From assembly GCF_001194135.2 (NCBI RefSeq), contig NC_068982.1, forward strand, positions 184,722,777 through 184,759,378: a DNA stretch of 36,602 nucleotides, given 5' to 3'. A program made the translations under genes and the position numbers. The notes below the pieces were generated by a model that was not told the origin of the DNA, did no database searches, and was given only the letters and a program-made list of their open reading frames with translations. This document shows positions 20,432 to 33,800 of the stretch, piece after piece; within the stretch, counting starts at the first letter, position 1, and each line of letters opens with the position of its first letter. The DNA is from Octopus bimaculoides (taxonomy: Eukaryota).

Positions 20432-20482
20432 CGGCTCTGCTCCAGCATGGGCGCAGTCAAATGACTGAAACAAGTAAAATAG
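20432..20482 (+). mobile_element. Family A SINE 3' stub
   Basis: gctccagcatgggcgcagtcaaatgactgaaacaagtaaaatag. Confidence 0.75.
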
Positions 20483-20644
20483 TATATTTATATATTTTAA
20501 GATTTCCTATACACTTCCAGAAATGTGCTTTCAAAATAGCTGTGAAATTTCTCCAGGTACAGTTGGTCATTGTGTATAAAAGCCCATGTCACTGCCCTGT
20601 CCTTTTTTTATGATAGTTTGTCCGCTCAAGAATATGCGTGTCTT

Positions 20645-20815
20645 TTATCTTTCTTTTTACTTGTTCCATTCGTTAGACTGCAGCCATGCTGGAGCACCGC
20701 CTCAGAGAATTTTCGTGCGTACGAATCGACACGAGTACTTTTTCTTCTATTTTTTTTTTTTTGTAATTCCTAGTACGTATTCAAGGTGTTGGGGACGACA
20801 AACACATACAGATTG
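20645..20815 (-). mobile_element. Family A SINE 3' portion, diverged
   Basis: Reverse complement of the tail (ttttacttgtt...gactgcagccatgctggagcaccgcc) and of the body (ggggacgacaaacacatacaga). Confidence 0.7.
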
Positions 20816-20827
20816 ACACACGCACAT

Positions 20828-20880
<53 letters not shown>

Positions 20881-21155
20881 NNNNNNNNNNNNNNNNNNNN
20901 NNNNNNNNNNNNNNNNNNNNNNNNNNNNNNNNNNNNNNNNNNNNNNNNNNNNNNNNNNNNNNNNNNNNNNNNNNNNNNNNNNNNNNNNNNNNNNNNNNNN
21001 NNNNNNNNNNNNNNNNNNNNNNNNNNNNNNNNNNNNNNNNNNNNNNNNNNNNNNNNNNNNNNNNNNNNNNNNNNNNNNNNNNNNNNNNNNNNNNNNNNNN
21101 NNNNNNNNNNNNNNNNNNNNNNNNNNNNNNNNNNNNNNNNNNNNNNNNNNNNNNN

Positions 21156-21188
<33 letters not shown>

Positions 21189-21190
<2 letters not shown>

Positions 21191-21993
21191 CGCAGGCGAG
21201 GCTGTGTGGTTTGAAGCTTGTTTCCCAACCACATGGTACCTTGGGCAAATGTCTTCTGCTATAGCCTCAGGTCGACCAAAGCCTTGTGAGTGGATTTGGT
21301 AGAAAGAAACTCAAAGAAACCCGACGTATATATGTATATGTATACATATACCTACATACAAATATATATGTTTGTGTGTCTGTGTTTGTCCCCTCACCAT
21401 CGCTTGACAGCGATGTTTGTGTGTTTACGTCCTCGTAACTTAGCGGTTCGGCAAAAAGGAAAGGATAGAATAAGTACTAGACTTACAAAGAATAAGTCCT
21501 GGGGTCGTTTTCTTCGACTAAAGGCGGTGCTCCGGCATGGCCGCAGTCAAATGACAGAAACAAGTAAAAGAATGAAAGAATAAAAGAGTTATATGCATAG
21601 GCGCAGGAGTGGCTGTGTGGTAAGTAGCTAGCTTGCCAACCACATGGTTCTGAGTTCAGTCCTACTGCATGGCACCTTGGGCAAGTGTCTTCTACTATAG
21701 CCTCGGGCCGACCAAAGCCTTGTGAGTGGATTTGGTAGACGGATACTGAAAGAAGCCCGCCCTTTATATATGTATGTGTGTGTATATGTTTGTGTGTCTG
21801 TGTTTGTCCCCCCAACATCGCTTGACAACCGATGCTAGTGTGTTTACGTCTCCGTAACATAACAGTTCGGCAAAAAGAAACCGATAGGATAAGTACTAGG
21901 CTTACAAAGAATAAGTCGTGAGGTCGATTTGCTCGACTAAAGACGGTGCTCCAGCATGGCCGCAGTTAAAATGACTGATAGAAGTAAAAGAAT
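21189..21993 (+). mobile_element. Head-to-tail tandem pair of family A CORE-SINEs (21189-21590 and 21600-21993)
   Basis: Both start ggcgcagg(a/c)g(t/a)ggctgtgtggt, contain accttgggcaa(g/a)tgtcttct and end gcagt..aatgac..(a)aagtaaaagaat. Confidence 0.93.
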
Positions 21994-22945
21994 ACACACG
22001 GACACATATTAACTGATATATATATATAGATTATAAGTGTACACACATACACACTTATACATATGTTAAGTGCATGCATATATATACATATATGCTTATC
22101 TAGTATATGTGTGTGTATGTGTATGTGTGTGTACGTGCGTGTGTACTTGCGTACTTGTGTATCTATCTCTCTTTATCCATCCATCCGTCTGTCTGTCTGT
22201 CTGTCTAATCATCTATTTAAAACTTTCCTTCCTCTTCCTAATTGACTTACATTTCACTCTACATCAAACAAACTCTTTTACGTCTTTACCTTTTCTTACT
22301 CATCTCCCCCCCCCCGCTCTCTCTCTCTCTCTCTCTCTCCCCTTCCTCCATTCTTCCACTTCTGCCTTTTACCTTCCCCTAATAATTTACTTTCATCACG
22401 CTTCTTCAACATTACCTATCTGCTCTTCATCTCACACTTTACATTCACGCACACATGCATACAGACACACACGCACACGGACACACACATACACACACAC
22501 GTATACATAAACACGCACGCACACACACACCCACACACGTACGCACTCACGTACGCACGCACACACCCACACACGTACGCATACACTCACATATAAATAC
22601 TCATAAATGTATACATGCTTATGTACATCGGTNNNNNNNNNNNNNNNNNNNNNNNNNNNNNNNNNNNNNNNNNNNNNNNNNNNNNNNNNNNNNNNNNNNN
22701 NNNNNNNNNNNNNNNNNNNNNNNNNNNNNNNNNNNNNNNNNNNNNNNNNNNNNNNNNNNNNNNNNNNNNNNNNNNNNNNNNNNNNNNNNNNNNNNNNNNN
22801 NNNNNNNNNNNNNNNNNNNNNNNNNNNNNNNNNNNNNNNNNNNNNNNNNNATATATATATACACACACACATATATGCATACATATATGTATATATGTAT
22901 GTATACCTGCATTCATACATACATATAGATATATACATATGTGTA

Positions 22946-22990
<45 letters not shown>

Positions 22991-23459
22991 TTATATGAAA
23001 ATAATTATGTGTGCATGTATGTATTCTGCGTGTATGCATCAATGTATGTATATATACAGAGTATGTATGTGTGTGAGAGGGTGTGTGCATGCGTGTGTTT
23101 TTGTATGTGTGTGTGTGTGTGTCTATTTATGTATATTTGTACGTATATTATTTATCTATTCAACCACCTCGCTTCCTATTCATCAACGCAATATTCATAC
23201 ATTCCAGGCTCTAAAATCTCATTCAGCCATTCAAATATGGAAGCTCGTTTCTTTCACTGCGGGGGAACTTCTTCTCGCGCCATCCACTACTTCAAAGCGA
23301 GGTTCTTAGCACAGCAACCATTTTGTTCGGGTGCAAAACTCTTGATCTCTTACTTCAAAACCATCGCTGCGCCTAGCTGAACTGAGATGTTGAATACCGT
23401 GCGTGTGATGGTGTGTAAGTGGTGGAGGGGCTTGGCTTATGCTTGTGTGTGATTGTGTC

Positions 23460-23530
<71 letters not shown>

Positions 23531-24911
23531 GAGAAAGAGAGAGTGTGTATATGATGCGAATGTATTTGTTTTTAGGTTTTGGCATATTTTCTATTCGTGT
23601 ATGCTGTTTATTTTCTTTGTTTTTATGTGTTTCTGTATTTCTCTGTGTGTGTGCATGTGTGTGTGTGTATCTGTCTGTCTATGTGTGTGTACGAGCACGG
23701 GTAATTTTTTGTGTATGTATTTGTTTGCTTGTGTGTATGCATTATTGTTTTATTTGTGTATGCATACGTGTGATTTCGCTGTTTTTCTGTGAGAATATGT
23801 ATGTGTTTATGCTTGTTTTCTGCTTCTGCGCTTATATGTGTATGCGTATATATATATATATATATATNNNNNNNNNNNNNNNNNNNNNNNNNNNNNNNNN
23901 NNNNNNNNNNNNNNNNNNNNNNNNNNNNNNNNNNNNNNNNNNNNNNNNNNNNNNNNNNNNNNNNNNNNNNNNNNNNNNNNNNNNNNNNNNNNNNNNNNNN
24001 NNNNNNNNNNNNNNNNNNNNNNNNNNNNNNNNNNNNNNNNNNNNNNNNNNNNNNNNNNNNNNNNNNNNNNNTATATATATATATATGCATGTATGTATGT
24101 TTATGCGTGTGCTTGTGTATCATATGTATTTACGTTTGTGGTGTTTGCGTGTAGTAATTTCTGTTCTTGTAAATGTTTTTTCTATGTCTTTCTGAATGTG
24201 TGTATCTCTTTATGTTTGTTTGTGCATGTGCATATCTGTTTATCTTTATGAGTGTGTGTGTGTGAGTGTTTCATCGATGTGCTTGCGCGCGCACGCGTTT
24301 CTTTCAGTCTCGTATGCGCTTGCGTATGAAGTTCGTGCTCGTTGATGCATGTGTAGTTCTGGGCATGTGTGGATGTGCGTGCTGGTGCTAATTTATTTGT
24401 GCATGTGCGTACGCACCCATGTATGTGTCTGTCTCTCTGTATGTTTTATGTGTGCGCGTAAATTTGTGTATGTATGTGATATGATTTTTATTTTGACTCT
24501 ACGCGTGCGCTTATGTGTGTTTTTCTGTTTGTATGCGTATATATTTTTTGTTAAAGTATGTTTGTGCTTGTTTGTGCTTGTGTTTGTGTGTGTCTCTGTG
24601 TGCGAGTGCGTGTGTGTGTGTTTTATGAACGTATTTTGTGCATATTTATGTACGTGCCTCCTTTGCGAGTATGTATGTTCGTATCTTATGTGAGTGTTCG
24701 TGCACGTTTATGTGTTTGTATGTAAATATAAACATTTTAACAAGTTTGTATATGCTAATATGTATGTTTCTGTGAATGTGAATGTGGTCACATACATACA
24801 TACATACATACACACATACAGAGGTAGGTACATATGTACATACATACAAACGAACATAAAATGTCTGCTTATATGTATCTGTATATATAACCACTATATT
24901 TTTTCAAAGCC

Positions 24912-25192
24912 CTGTACTGATTCTATCGATTTCTTTTACCGAACCGCCAAGTTATGGGGACGCAAACACACCAGCGCCGGTAGTTAAGTGGCAGTGGGAG
25001 ACAAATACAGTTATAAAACACGCACATGTACGACGGGCTTCTTCCAGTTTCCGCCTACCAAATCCACTCACAAGGCTTTGGTCGGCTCAAGGCGATAATA
25101 GAATAAACTTTCCCAAGGTGCCACGCAGTGGGACTGAACCTGGAACCATGTGGTTGTGAAGCAAGCTTTTTACCACATAGCCAGGCCTGCTC

Positions 25193-25194
<2 letters not shown>
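24912..25194 (-). mobile_element. Family A SINE, 3'-truncated
   Basis: Reverse complement of head and CORE: cccaaggtgccacgcagtgggactgaacctggaaccatgtggtt...taccacatagcc. Confidence 0.88.

Positions 25195-25278
<84 letters not shown>
25195..25278. repeat. (CA)n microsatellite
   Basis: Read directly. Confidence 0.98.
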
Positions 25279-25280
<2 letters not shown>

Positions 25281-25499
25281 GCACATACACATATATGCGT
25301 ATATCTATATGTATTTATATATGTGTATGTATATATATGTATGTATGTATGTGAATGTATGTATAAACTTGTGTATTAGTATGCGTTTCCATCCGTGTCC
25401 ATTGTCTGTATACGTACGTGTGTATGTATGTATATATATCAATATCTATAAAACACAAGACGTTTGTATATATATATATTTAACAATATCATCTTTATC

Positions 25500-26140
25500 C
25501 GTCACTCTCTCACATAACTCGCTCCTCTATCACACATTATTTACATCATTGTATATTCTCTCTCATTCCCCTAATACTCCCTCTTCTATCACTTTCTTTA
25601 CCTCTATCAAACCACTTTACCTAATTCTAAGTCAAGCATGCAGTTGTTGGATGTGACCAATATTAAGAAGCTAGGATACTGAATATTTATACTTAAATCT
25701 GTCTCGTTTATGATGTTTCTATTCAATATCCTTATCAATAACCATCATGTGGCTTTCTATCATACTCTCCCTCTATCTCTTTTTCCCATTATTCCTTCCT
25801 CTCGCCTCAATCACTCTTTTGCTCCTATCACCCTGGAATCCTTCAATTTCTCCTTTCTATTCCACACTCTAGCTTCAATTTCCCCCTTTATTCCACACTC
25901 TCGCTTCAATTTCCTCCTTTCATTGCATCCACTCGCATTAGTTTCTCACTTTCTTATGCCACCCTCACAGTCATTTTACTTCTATCCAACCTCCATACTA
26001 ACAACTCTTTCTCCTCCCTCTCTCACATCACCTCTCTCTTTTTCTGATTACACTCTCCTCTGTCATTCTTTCGCTCCTCCCACTCTGATTCTATTATCTT
26101 ATTCTATCTTACGTCACCCTCACATTCTCTTTCCTTCCAG
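25500..26140. repeat. Degenerate pyrimidine-rich (C/T) low-complexity tract
   Basis: Strong C+T bias with no clear unit; the L/S/F/P-rich ORF is compositional. Confidence 0.8.
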
Positions 26141-26545
26141 CTGCGCACAAAAAATAAATAGATAAATAAATAAAAATAGAAATGAAAAATTAACACAGAC
26201 AATGCAAGCCTTTTAGTCTTGCAGGAGATGAAACCCTCTCTTTTGTACCGTCTAAAGAACGAATAAAGACCAGCGTAGAAATGAAAAGATTGTTTAGTCT
26301 TACCGGAGTCAAGACAAATATTTCGAGAGCTAGTACCTCTATGTAAAGTGGTTAACAACAGGAAAGACATTCACCAGTATAAATCATGCTGCTCCCTCAC
26401 CCTATAAAAAGAACGTACGAGCGAGGTGTAATCTCTGACCAATCTAAGTTGGCGGAGATGGAAACTAGATCGTACCATAGCGACATGTCCAACCCAAGTT
26501 AGCATGGTGATGTGGACATGAAAATGATGTGTGTAAATGCTTATA

Positions 26546-26660
26546 CGCAGACATGGCAGTGTGGTTAAGACGCTCATTTTGCAACCACGTGGTTTAGGAT
26601 TCAGTCTCACTTCCGCAGTACCTTGGGCAAATGGATTGTACTAATGGCTTGTGAGAACCC
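26546..26660 (+). mobile_element. Old family A-like SINE head
   Basis: atggcagtgtggttaag...aaccacgtggtttaggattcagtc...gtaccttgggcaaatg. Confidence 0.65.
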
Positions 26661-27384
26661 AGTTAACTGATTCGCTCATTAGAAATACAATTTGTAAGTG
26701 GAACAGTAATACTATGCAAGACTTTTCTCAGGTTCAAAATGTGCCATTGTTTGCCTTATTTACATTCCCAAAATGGAGCTTTGTATCTTCGTTAGAAACC
26801 AGCTCTTTCTTTGGCGGAAGAAGTTTAATGATTAAATACATAGATTCACACACACACGCACACACGCTCACACACACGCATGTATATATGAATGTAAAAT
26901 TTCATTATAATCGAGACACTACATTAGTAACTGAAGGACCTAGAATTTCGTGCCAAGTTTCACATGCTTATATAACCTCCTCCCTCTCTCTCTCTCTGTA
27001 TACACCCCCATTCCGTCTCTGTCTGTCTGTTTCTATCTCTGTGTTTGTATGGTCTATACGTGTGTATACATGCCAACCCTTGGCTAAACTTCAGGAATGT
27101 GTTGCGCATTCCCACAGTGCTACCATTGGCGCAGTTATAATTACCTAATTAGACGTATCCTTTCTGGTTTTGCGAACTCTATCTCCTCAAGACTGATAGT
27201 GAGGCAGTTAGTTACATAATCAAGTGCTCTAATAATTACAGAAACAAACCTAAAGTTATAGTCCAGATGGAAAATCAAGAGATTTCTCATTAGTTCTGCA
27301 TAAATGCTATCCTTTTCTTTCGTCTTTAACATTGTTAACGTCTGCTGGATAATTCATTTTTACTACTGTGTTCACATCCTTTTC

Positions 27385-28102
27385 GGATCTTGTCTGTTTG
27401 GCTACCACTTTTCAATTTCTTCAATTTTGTTCCAATTGATTTCAAATTTGGTGTATTGATGTAGTTTTGTATGCTCATTATTGACATGAAATTTATTTTT
27501 GCCACAAATCAATAAATAAACAGTTAATGGCTTTTAAAGTTTGCAAATTTTGGGTAATTTTAGCCAATCAAAAGCCGCAGACATATAGGTGCCTGTTTTT
27601 ATAATAACAAGTCAAGCGTTGGGAACTCTCCTGAATAAAACAACGTGTGTTAACGAAAAACGAAAGACATGCTTGCAAAGTACTTCGTTTGTTTACAATT
27701 TGTTTCTTCTGCTCTTAAAATTACAAAATTTGCCATTTACTCTTTTTTTTTTCGAATTAAATTCGTATTGAATGCATAAAACAACAAAATATGTGTTGTT
27801 TACTCGTTTTGGGACCATTTTCGACTATTAGATGCTGACAACACGTGCTATCGTCGCAGTGTTGACATTATTGTTTTGTTGTCTTACGACTGAAGTCACG
27901 CACAGAATGACAACTTGTAAATCCCGTTTTCTGACTGGGTAAAAATGATCAAACTTTAAAACTCTGTAACATTAAAAAACAATTCTGGAACAAATGAATT
28001 AGTCCCTGAGATTCAGCGTGAAAAATTACATCAATACACCAAATTTGAAAATTTCCACTTAATTTTAAAATTTCAAAAAGTGCAGCCAAACAGAAAAGAT
28101 CC
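27385..28102. mobile_element. Non-autonomous DNA transposon (718 bp) with about 83-bp imperfect TIRs
   Basis: Ends ggatcttgtctgtttggct / agccaaacagaaaagatcc. 24-bp perfect inverted block tttcaaatttggtgtattgatgta at 27440-27463 and 28026-28049. No coding capacity seen; superfamily not determined. Confidence 0.75.
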
Positions 28103-28843
28103 TTATTTTCTCAGAGCAAAAGGTTTTCGGAAGAAAATCTCAATTACTATTCTGTCAGATTATGGATGAATACGCACTCTATATTTTCACATTCACCTCT
28201 GTTCTTTCGTAAAACATAGTGTTCCCCCTGATTATCACGCCATGACCTTAATCCTCAGAGGAACACTAATTGAGCCGATCCCACCAGCCAAAGAAGGTCT
28301 ACGAAGACTGCTGGAATAGCCCTTCCTCCAAGCCAAGCAAAATGAAATAGAAAAAATAGGCTGAGGTGAGAGAAAACGAAGCTCCACTGCTGGGATTTTG
28401 ATTTCGAAAGTCAAGTTGAAATTTTCACTCTTTTGTTCGATTATTAGTTTTGCAGAGACCCTGTAATCTGATCGTCTTTTTTCTTTTTCTTTTCTGCTTG
28501 AAAATCTCAGTTTTATAAAATACCACATTTAGTAACTTAGACACTAATAACAAATGTATTCTGGAAAGTACTAGGTTATCCATTCTTCCTCCGGCGTTTC
28601 TCTTAGAGGTAAGACGAACATTTTTTTATGTTCGCCGCCCGCACACATTTTTGCCTCTATACATTCAGTGAAGCTTCACAATAGCATCGTACGGTTGTCA
28701 ACTGCCATTTCCAGAAAACATTGGTACATTGTAGCGCCACTATTTCCTATTTATAATTCAACCGTTTCGGTGCTTATTGCCGGAAAATAATGCTGTTGTA
28801 ATAATACTTATAATTTATATATATATAAATGTACACATACACA

Positions 28844-29571
<728 letters not shown>

Positions 29572-29619
29572 ATATGTATATATATCTATGTGCGTGCGTG
29601 TATATATATTTATGTGTTT

Positions 29620-29840
29620 TTTGTGTCTGTGTTTGTTCCACTCTCACGGTTTGACAACTGGCGTTGGTTTGTTTTTGTCCCCGTAACTTAATGGTTCGGC
29701 AAAAGAGATCGAAAGAATAAATACCAGGTTGAAAAAAAGTACTTGGGTCGATATATTCCACTAAAAGTTCTTCAAGGTGGTGCCCCAGTATGGCCGCAGT
29801 CTAATGACTGAAGCAAGTAAAAGATAAAAAAGATAAAACA
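29620..29840 (+). mobile_element. Family A SINE 3' half
   Basis: gtccccgtaacttaatggttcggcaaaagag...aaggtggtgccccagtatggccgcagtctaatgactgaagcaagtaaaag. Confidence 0.85.
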
Positions 29841-30799
29841 TATATAGAAGATATATAGAGAGAAATCGTTGTCCCCCAAAGTTGATGCCTATAAATCTCC
29901 TCTTTCTCATCGATTTTGAAAGAAGGGACCACATCCGAGGGTAGCTTAGCTCCACAATAGTATATAATTGATATCCGTTGTTGTCATTGTATAGATTAGG
30001 ATTGGTTTTAACTTCTCTCGGTCGACTTAGGAATACGTAGCTTGGGACACAAATACTTTAGGTTGTGGGCAACTAATGCTCAACAGTTAAAATTAAACAT
30101 GTAGTGTGGAAAATGTTATTAATGTTAATGACTTTCCTTTTCAAAAGGGCCAAAGGGGTCACCTCCGAAGCTTATGTTTATATCCTTTGTTTGTTTTGAA
30201 AAGAAATTTGATTAAGAATTATTGACTCTATGTACGAAGTAAAGTATATTAGACCTCAATGCAGAGGATGTGTATAGAAAATGTTATAGTATAAAGTATG
30301 AATATTTGTTTTGGCCATATTCCATGCTGGCATCAGTTGAAAATGGTTTTACTAAAGCCAGCTGCTTTGCAATATTATACGTATATATTTCCTCTTCCCC
30401 AAAGGAATTTTTGTGTATTTCTTCCGTCCGCCATCATGGTGCCAAGGTTTTAAAGAAAATACATTGAAAAAATCAACCGTCCTCTTGTTCTCGTTATCCT
30501 ATACACAATCACTCGTCCTTTAAATTACAAGGTCTACCAAATTTTTATTGTGCTGGATATGGTTGCTGTTGTCCTTTAACTATCAGTCATCATAGAGTAG
30601 AACAATGAACGCAATTTTGTCACAAGTCGAATTATGCGTAGAAGCATAGGACAGCAGCAGCACAATGGCTGAGGGTAAAACTATGACACACCCCAAAGCA
30701 TAAACAAACGCAAACACACACAAACATACACAAACACACACACACACAAACACGCACACACACAAACAAACAAGGACACAAACGCATGCGTACATAAGG

Positions 30800-30991
30800 A
30801 TACACATCTTAGAAGAACAGAATGGAGTGAGAGGGGCAAGAACACACACGAAAACGAAAAGTGTCGCTGAAGAGGTCACAGATGTCTGACAAAAGATATT
30901 CGGACAATGGATAAGCGTTAAAATAATAAAATAAACGAGTGAAGAAAAAATATATAGTGCGCGTTTATTTGGCAAAAAAAAAAATGACCAT
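30800..30991 (+). mobile_element. Penelope-like terminal fragment (family H2) with a decayed hammerhead at 30862-30906
   Basis: tgtcg-CTGAAGA-ggtcacagatgtctgac-aaaa-gata-tt-cggaca, then atatatagtgcgcgtttatttggcaaaaaaaaaaatgacca, homologous to the 12-kb copy. Confidence 0.6.
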
Positions 30992-31020
30992 ATGTATATA
31001 TATATATATATTTATATATA

Positions 31021-31180
31021 TACGACGGGTTTCTTCCAGTTTCCGTCTACCATATCCACTCAGAAGGCTTTGGTCAGCCCGAGGCTATAGTAGAAAGCAC
31101 TCGCCCAATGTACCACGCAGCGGGGTTGAACCTGGAACTATGTGGTTCGGAAGCGAGCTTCTTACCACACAGTCACGTCG
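31021..31180 (-). mobile_element. Family A SINE 5' half
   Basis: Reverse complement of head and CORE: ggctttggtcagcccgaggctatagtagaaagcactcgcccaatgtacc...ttcttaccacacagtc. Confidence 0.85.
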
Positions 31181-31215
31181 GTGACATATGCATGCGCCTT
31201 CACGATAATGCATGT

Positions 31216-31475
31216 GCATGACTCAGGAGTGAGAGCGTTGGGCTCACAATCATGAAGTAATGAGTTCGATTCCCAGATTATGCTGTGTGTTGCGTTCTTG
31301 AGCAAGACACTTTATTTCACGTTGCTACAGTTCATTCAGCAATAGAAATGAGTTGCGACGTTACTAGTGCCAACCTGTATCGGCCCCTTTGCCTTTCCCT
31401 TACATAACATTGGTGGCGTGGAGAGGAGAGGCTGGTATGTATGGGCGACTACTGGTCTCCCATAAACAACCTTGC
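31216..31475 (+). mobile_element. tRNA-derived SINE (head shared with family C)
   Basis: gcatgactcaggagtgagag...gagttcgattcc (B box)...ttcttgagcaagacactttatttcac; ends in (ATGT)n. Confidence 0.75.
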
Positions 31476-32694
31476 ATGTATGTATGCATGTATGTATGTA
31501 TACATGTGTGTATGTATGCATGTATGTATGTATGCATGTATGTATGTATGTGAGGATATGCGCGCGCGGAGTATAATGTATGGAACGATATTATAGCATA
31601 ATTAAATACTTTTTGTGCAATGTTGTCCAGAGTCAGAAAAAGACACGTCACGTCCGGAAGAATGAAATCGTACCAGAGGAAGGATCAGTCTTCAAAATGG
31701 TCTCGTAATGTGATCAGTATACAGTCAGTAGTTGGATACGTAGAGTGTGACGGTTCGTTGCGTTCAGGATTAGCCAGGGCAAGAGGTTCTCTGAATTTGA
31801 AGGCAATTACAGGTCCGGAATCCATCAAACAACCCTCAGAGTCTAGCTTTGGTGTGTTGTTATTAAGGCATGTTTTATGTTTTCTGAATTTGCATTTTGC
31901 AACTTGCTTAGATTACTGGTTTAGAAGGTGTGTATAAATTCCAAAGTATACTAATGCTAGTATAGTGTCTGCCGTGTGCTCGTAAGGTGTATTATCGTTG
32001 CGCTAATCCGATATTTGGCAAGATAATTTTCTGACATTTTTCCAGTCGTGGTTTCAGAAAGTATGTTGGTGCTGGTAATAACTTGATTTTAAATGACCTC
32101 AGCTGCACAAAGTACAGGATTTAATTGGAGCATGAGGAATACTTCATTTTTGGAACATTCACATATCCTAGAATCCATGAAGCCGGGTGTCTTCCAGGAT
32201 CTAGCATATGTTTTTAGTTAAGGTATGTTTTATGTATTGTCTAATCTCTCTCTATCTAGCTACCTATATATATATACGGATCAAAACAGTTTGATTAAAA
32301 TTTGTTGGTACTCTGAATTTCAAGGGTGATGCTAATCTTCAGACATTTTGAATTTGAATGAGAACAGAGTGTTAACACATAGAAAATTCGATCACACTTT
32401 GATCGAATCTTCCATGCGACAATGTAAACTTTCATTTAATCAAGATACCTTGCGGTTTACACCTCGCTTGGATATTTACCACTTCCGAGGTTTCACTCGC
32501 TACGAAACACATGAAGCCTGGATCTTATCTACTCCATTCCTTAACTCTTGTATGTGTGTATGTGTGTGTGTGTGTGTCTAAACATGCGTACATGCATCCA
32601 TCCATATATACGTGCATGCATGCATACATACGTTCATGCATAAGCACATGCACACACACGTACATACATATATGTGTGTGCGTGTGTGCGTGTG

Positions 32695-32729
<35 letters not shown>

Positions 32730-33149
32730 AGAAAAAAAAGAGAAATAAAGAGACAGTGAAAGAGAGGGAGACGCCAGATAGCCAGACAGACTGAAAGACA
32801 AACAGACAGACAGACAAACAGACAGGCAAACGAGCAGATAAACAGAGGGAGAGAAATAGAATAATTAAGTGTATGTCAGAGGCAATTAATTGTTGAAATT
32901 TCGGTCACCAAGCAAAGTTGCTATAGTAACCTAACCTGGCACTGTTGATTGATCATTTGAACGTGTTTGTTTTAGTGTTCGATCTTGGTAAAGAAATAGT
33001 TCTAGAGCATCAGCTTTAACTATTGATATATAGATTAGACAAGTTAATCCCAACTAAAACGGTAGAGTTTCGACTAATCTATTCGTGAAAACCAACTTCA
33101 TACAACCAGATAAAACTTATCTTAAAGACTGGTCAACAGTAAAGAGAGT

Positions 33150-33800
33150 GACGGTTGAGGTGGTGGGAGTAGTGGTAGGGGTTGTTATTATTATTGTTGT
33201 TGTTGTGGTGGTGGTGGTGGTGTTATCAGTGATGTTAGCTTTGTTGATGGTGGGACGGTATCGTTGTTGATGGTGGTGGTTATAGTGGTGTCTGTCGTAA
33301 TTGTTGTGGATGGTTGTTGACATGGTTGTGTTTGTAGCATCGTTGCTGGTTCGGGTGGTGATATAACTGCTGTTGTTGCTGCTGTTGTTGTTGTTGGTGG
33401 TGGTGGTGGCTGATATTGATGATGGTGGTGGTGTTGGTAGTGAGGGTATTGTTTCTGTTAGTGGTGTTCATTAAAATGAACAGGTTATTCCTGTTTTTGA
33501 TGGTAGAGATAACTGTAATGTTAGTACTGTAGAAATAACGTTTCTGTTGATGGCGATAGTGATGATGATGTTGGTGGTATTGGTAATGTTGATGAAGGTA
33601 TGGATGTTATCAACGGGCGTTGTAATGATTAACATAGTTGTTGCTGTTAATACTGGAAGTATTGATATAGTTGTTGTTGTTAATACTGGAAGTATTGATA
33701 TAGTTGTTAGTGATGATAGTGCTGTAGGTATTGTTATTAGTGACGGTGATGACAGAGGTGTTGTTGATGTTGTTGTTGTTGTTGTTGGTAATGGCAGAGG
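33150..33800. repeat. Degenerate GTT/GGT/GAT triplet region containing a 33-bp-period tandem duplication (33646-33708)
   Basis: gttaatactggaagtattgatatagttgtt is repeated at 33646 and 33679. Confidence 0.85.

Noticed and set aside
32097-32112. 16-nt exact match (cctcagctgcacaaag) to the 19.7-kb hairpin arm
   Set aside because: A single 16-mer match within about 36 kb has an appreciable chance expectation (roughly 0.3 by simple calculation), and the flanks do not align.
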